From assembly GCF_009914755.1 (NCBI RefSeq), contig NC_060925.1: DNA of 64,000 bases; one strand, written 5' to 3'. Position numbers and translations under genes: made by a program. The notes below the pieces were generated by a model. That model ran no database searches. It was not told where the DNA came from and worked only from the letters and a program-made list of their open reading frames with translations. Origin of the DNA: the human T2T-CHM13v2.0 reference genome, Homo sapiens. Each line of letters starts with the position of its first letter. The stretch's first letter is position 1. Shown in pieces: positions 58,551 to 64,000 of the stretch.

Positions 58551-59929
58551 TCATGCCATTGGCCCTGGAATGTTGCAGTTGCATTCTTACATGCCCTCCA
58601 CACTCAGTTCTTTCTTAAACATTTTAATTTTTCTGGAGAATGTAGTATACCTGTTCCTTGTTCTAGAATTCTGGCCGTGGCCTTGGGCCAAATGCTTTAA
58701 AGCTTTGAAAAGATAGACCCTAGGAAATAGGTGTGAAACTGTGGAAAAAGGTACACCCACATCTAAGCAGCCAAGGAGAGCATCCCGATAGCAAGGCAGG
58801 TTCACACCCTCACTACCTGGAACTCCTCTCACAACTCTAGTCTCTCCTCTCCAGGAAGGGAGCCTGTGTGCTGGGCATACTTCCCACTTGCTCAGCAACA
58901 TAGAGGTTTCTTTCCCTTGGGCTCTGGAGTTGGACAGCCTGTGTCTGGCTCTCAGCTGTCCACACTCAGAGGCTCTGTGCATTTCGGCGAGTCACTCAGC
59001 CTCATCTGAAAATGGGGATAGTAATTGTCCTAACCTCATAGGGGCATTGTGAAAACTCCATGAGACCATGCGCGTAAAGCACTCAGCATAATGTCTGGCA
59101 CATAGCAGGTGCTCCATAAATGTCAGCTCTCATTACACCCCACTGACTGTTAGTTCCTTGAGGTCAGAGGTCATGACTTTTTAACTCTGGACCTCAGTAT
59201 GAAGGACAGTGCTTGACACATACCTAGTAATAATTGTTGTACAAAGTAGGACAATCATTCCTATTTTCCCAGTGAGGAACCTGAGGCTCATGGAAGTTGT
59301 TTGCGTTGCTCAAGGCCACAGAGTTGTTAGAACCAGAGCTAGGATTTAAACCCATGTGCGTCTGATTCTAAAGCTGCATCTTCTACGTGGGTGGTTCTCA
59401 AATTCTAGCAAGCATCAGAGTCACCTCGGGGGCTTCTTAAAACATTGTCCCTGTTTCTTATTCAGCAGATCTGTGGGCCCAAGTGTCTGTATTTCTAACA
59501 GATTTCCAGGTGACATGGATGGAGCTGGTCTGGGGACCACACTTTGAGAACTCCTGGTCTACACTCTCAGCCTCCCAGTCAGTGTCCGTCTCCTCTGTGA
59601 AGCCTGCTTGGACTTCTTCAGTCTCCCACCAAACATCTGCACCATCCAGTTCCAACCCGAGCCCATAATCCTATCTCACCTTCCAGGCGAGGTCCTAAAG
59701 GTTGTCTGAGCTTTCCCACAGGACTGGCAGCTCCTAGTGGTCAAGAGCCCTGCACAGCATTGCCCCCGCACCCCGTTAGAGACCACCTATCATCTTTCCT
59801 TCCCTTCTCCACCCTCCCCCTGGGGTAATCTTGCTGTTCCATGCCTATCTGTATTCACACAAACATATACACACTTGCAGCTTTTCCCTTTTTTAAAAAC
59901 AAAAAAAGTTTATACTATACAATTTCTCT

Positions 59930-60032
59930 ATCCTTTCCTTCCTTATTTCCTTCCTTACCTCCTTATTTCTTCCTTCCCTTCCTTTCGTTTCTTTCCTTCC
60001 TTCCTTCCTTCCTTCATTCCTTCCTTCCTTCC
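59930..60032. repeat. Degenerate (TTCC)n polypyrimidine microsatellite
   Basis: Direct reading. Confidence 0.85.
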
Positions 60033-60068
60033 AGTTTTACCCTTCTGGAAGAAAATTTCTTCCCCATT

Positions 60069-60387
60069 CTTTTTTTTTTTCTTTTTCCTTTTTTTTTTTT
60101 TTTTGAGATGGAGTCTCACTTTGTTGCCCAGGCTAGAGTGCAGTGGTGCGATCTCAGCTCACTGCACCCTCCGCCTCCTGGGTTCAAGCAATTCTTCTGT
60201 CTCAGCCTCCTGAGTAGCTGAGATTACAGGCACGCACTACCATGCCCCGCTAAGTTTTGTATTTTTCATAGAGATGAGGTTTCACCATGTTGACCAGGCT
60301 GGTCTTGAACTCCTGGCCTCAAGTGATCTGCCTGCCTCAGCCTTCCAAAGTGCTGGGATTACAGGTGTGAACCACCGTGCCCAGCCT
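60069..60387 (-). mobile_element. AluS
   Basis: Dimeric reverse Alu. Confidence 0.92.
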
Positions 60388-61621
60388 CTTCCTCACTCTT
60401 GATGAGTCCTCCAGGAGCCGAGCTATCATGACTCTGCTGACTGTCTCACCCCCCACGTGCCCTCCCCTCTGAGTGACCTATCTCATTGGTGAGTCTGGGC
60501 TAAGGAACTGAGTGGCAGTAGCCCAGGCCCTTCCTCCCCACTGTGTCTTGGGTATGAGCTGCCCACGGAGAGCCAGGTTCTGTTTGGCTCTTCCAGTCCC
60601 TGCCACGGCCCAATGCTGCCTACACCCGGGTGGGCGAGTCTGCCTATTCTGAGTACAACATAAGGCAACCCACTTCCCCACAGAGCACCATCTCTCCCAG
60701 AGCAGCTTTATCTTTAGTGAAGGTGATATTTGGGGCTCCATCTGCCTTTCTCTGGTGCTTATTTCTCAGTTGGTTCAGAATGTGGGTGGGGAAAGAGGGT
60801 TATTGTTTATCAGCACTTACAATATATCACATACCTAAAGACCTGGCTCATTTTAAGCCACTGATTCTGTTGGGATGCTTTTGGTGGCACATAACAGACG
60901 GTCCAACTAAAAGTAGCTTGGACAATAAGGGGGCTGTTCTCTCATATGGTAAAAATTCTGTGGGCAGATCTCTCCACCCACCTCCTGATCTTAGACTCAT
61001 TTCCTTCCTCAACTCCTGGCCCAGCTCTGGGTCAATTTTCCCATCACTATGCCTGCTGTAACGGGAGAAAGGGGACAGGAGAAGGTGCACCACCAGGGCC
61101 CAATATCTGCTGTGCTACTTCTATCTGTGGGTCCTTGGCCAAGTGATCTAAATGCTCTGACCCTCAATTCCATCCTCTGTGACATGAAAATAACAAGATC
61201 TTCCTGCTAAGAGTGCGGTAGAGATGAAATTAAATCATCAAGAGTGCCTAGCACAGTCCTTGACACATAGCAGGACTCAGTACTCGGTAGTTCATGCCCC
61301 ATTTCCCCTCCTATGACCTTCTCAGTGAAGAAGAAAAACTTAAATCGTCCACTTTAGTGCTTAGAAATGCTTTGATTTATGCCTTAGCTGTGTGTGTGTG
61401 TTGCTCTTTGTAAATGGGAAGCCACCCTCATGTACCTGTGCTTTCAACCAGGTCCCAGGCAGTAGGGAACGAGTTTCTCCCATTAGCCACTCCCTGACCT
61501 ATTTCCCTTTGAGACAGGAGATATTCTTGGGGCTAAAATTGCAGCTCCTAAGGCACAAAACAGCTTTTCTCTCTTGAGGCCACCTGCCGATACAGATGCA
61601 ATAGGCACCAAACAGACACCC

Positions 61622-62058
61622 CGTATGAGTCCGCTAGGACTGCTGTAACAAAATACCACAAACTGAGTGGCTTAAACAACAGACATTTATTGTCTCACAG
61701 TTCTGGAGGTGGAAGTCCAAGATCAAGGTGTTGGCATGGCCATGCTCCCTCCGAAGGCACCGGGGAAGGATCTGTTCCACGCCGCTCCCCCTGGAACACA
61801 TGGTAGCTCCTTAGCACATGGCAGCATCACGCCAATGTGCACATGGCATTCTTCCTGAGCACACATCTTTGTGTCTAAATCTCTCCTTTTCATAAGGACC
61901 CCTGCCATATTGGATTAGGGGCCCACCCTACTCCAGCATGACCTCATTTTAACTAAATACATCTGCAGTGATCCTATTTCCAAACAAGGTCACATTCTGA
62001 GGTGCTGAGCATTAGGACTTGGACATAGGAATTTGGGGATACGTTCCAACCCATAACA
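61622..62058 (-). mobile_element. MLT1B/C-like LTR
   Basis: ctgctgtaacaaaataccacaaactgagtggcttaaacaacag...aaggtcacattctgagg...cccataaca. Confidence 0.85.
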
Positions 62059-63628
62059 TACCCCATGCTTAGCCATAGTATCTCTCAAACACATCACCCT
62101 CTTCCCTCTCTCTGTTCTTGCTCATGGGTTCCCTTGACCTGAGATGTCCTTTCCCTTCCATCTCTGTCAACATTCTACCCATCCTTTAAGGCCTACTCAA
62201 ACACCACCTCCTCCATGCAGTCTTCCTTCAACCATCTGGTCAGAAACAGTCTCTCTGTTCTTTGCCTTCTCTGACATTCTCTTTGTGCCCTCATTATAGT
62301 GCTGTTCTGAAGTCAGCCCCACACTTGATTTAGTTGTGAGATGGTGTGTCCAGGGGCAGAGCCCAGATCAGCCACCTTCCAGCTATGTGGTCTAGGACCT
62401 CCTTACTCAAGTGTGGCTCATGACCCGCAGCATCCATATCGCCTGATTAGAAATGCAGAATCTCAGGCCCCACCACAGCCCTACTGAAGCTGAACAATCT
62501 AGAGTTTATCAAGGTCTTCAGGTATTTCATAGGCACACTACAGTGTGAGAAGCACTGGTCTAGCACAAGTTACTTATTTGAGCCTCAGTACTCTAACCTG
62601 TAAAGTGGGGATGGTGATAGTACCTGCCTCATAGAATTGTTAGAGGAATAATCGAGAAAATGTGTGTACAGTGCTTAACACAGCACCTGCAGCAGGATAA
62701 GTAACTACTAAATAATGGCAGTTATTATTAGTATTAATATACATTCTTAAAGAGCAAAGATCAAGATTAAATAAAAGAATGCAAATAAAGCTTTCAGAAT
62801 AACCTCGCTAGGCCCTCAACAGGGGAGAGCTGTTGTTCATCTTAATGACTCTCTCCTGTTTTTCCTACCCACCCCATCTCGGGCTGATGCCTTGCTAAAG
62901 TGTTTATTGGTGTTTATTGAGAAGAAGACAGTGGCCAAGTTAACAGGCCCATATGGAGAGGGAGCCCTGGGCCTCATCAGCGCTAATTGCATTCTCTGGC
63001 CAATGCCAAGGCCCTCCTCCCAGGCAGCTGCCCCTTGCCCCAGTTCCACTCCCAGCCAAGAGCCCTGGACACGCATACACAAGAGTTTCCTATCTTCATT
63101 CACCTCCTGCAGTGTCCACAGCAGAAAGAGAGAGAGAGAGAACATGCTGGAATTGTCACTGAGAGTGTAGAGAGGTTGTGGAATGTGATTCTGGAACATG
63201 AGACACTGAGTTTCTGCCGGGAAGGGAAGGGACAGGCATGTCAGGGCTGCCCACTCTGTGCTGGGATCCTCTTGGACCTTTGCAAGTTCCTTGTCTCATT
63301 TTTTCCTCACTACAAAGTCCCTAAGAAGCCATTATTTTTCTTTTCATTTTGTAGATGAGGAAACAGAGGCATATAGAGATTGAAGAGCTTATGTGAGCTC
63401 ACCAGGCTGGTCAGTGACAGAGTTGGGATTCCAATCTGTGTCTCTCCGATCCTAAACCAGCTACCCTGAGACAGATGGGAAGAAAGGGGAAATGGGAAGA
63501 CCTTCAAAACCCCTACTGCCCAGTTCTCTTCAGAGCAGAATAAAGACTAGCATAGAGAAGAAGGCTGCCACACAGGTGAGGACCACAGAGGAACCTTCTG
63601 GAGCAATCTAGAAGGAGGGTGTGTTTGA

Positions 63629-63950
<322 letters not shown>

Positions 63951-64000
63951 TCAAGCTGGGAGGAATCTTGGTGAGCATCCAGTTCAGCCTTCCTGTGGCC

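Overview
Primate (human-like) genomic DNA, non-coding and repeat-rich: about 25 Alu/FLAM SINEs, many MIR/L2 relics, MaLR/ERV solo LTRs (MER11, MER49-like, MER4, MER41A, MST, MLT1), two L1PA 3' fragments and DNA-transposon MITEs (MADE1, MER20, MER5, MER81). I recognise no protein-coding gene; the supplied ORFs are Alu/L1/VNTR read-throughs or random. The main functional landmark is a CpG island at ~40.6-41.0 kb. It looks like the promoter/first exon of a minus-strand spliced transcript (identity not recognised; probably a lncRNA), and its candidate exons splice in frame to a speculative 106-aa ORF. Most notable observations: (1) a near-fully complementary miR-29b site on the minus strand at 19567-19586; (2) four local templated duplications within 12.6-36.6 kb, including a 209-bp inverted duplication starting exactly at a perfect 16-bp fold-back hairpin; (3) a 14-copy VNTR born inside MER20 that is a dense array of HOX13/CDX-type motifs; (4) a MER41A LTR whose poly(A) signal has become a TTC-N4-GAA palindrome. 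Repeat family names come from recalled consensus sequences, not a database search, and boundaries of old repeats are approximate.
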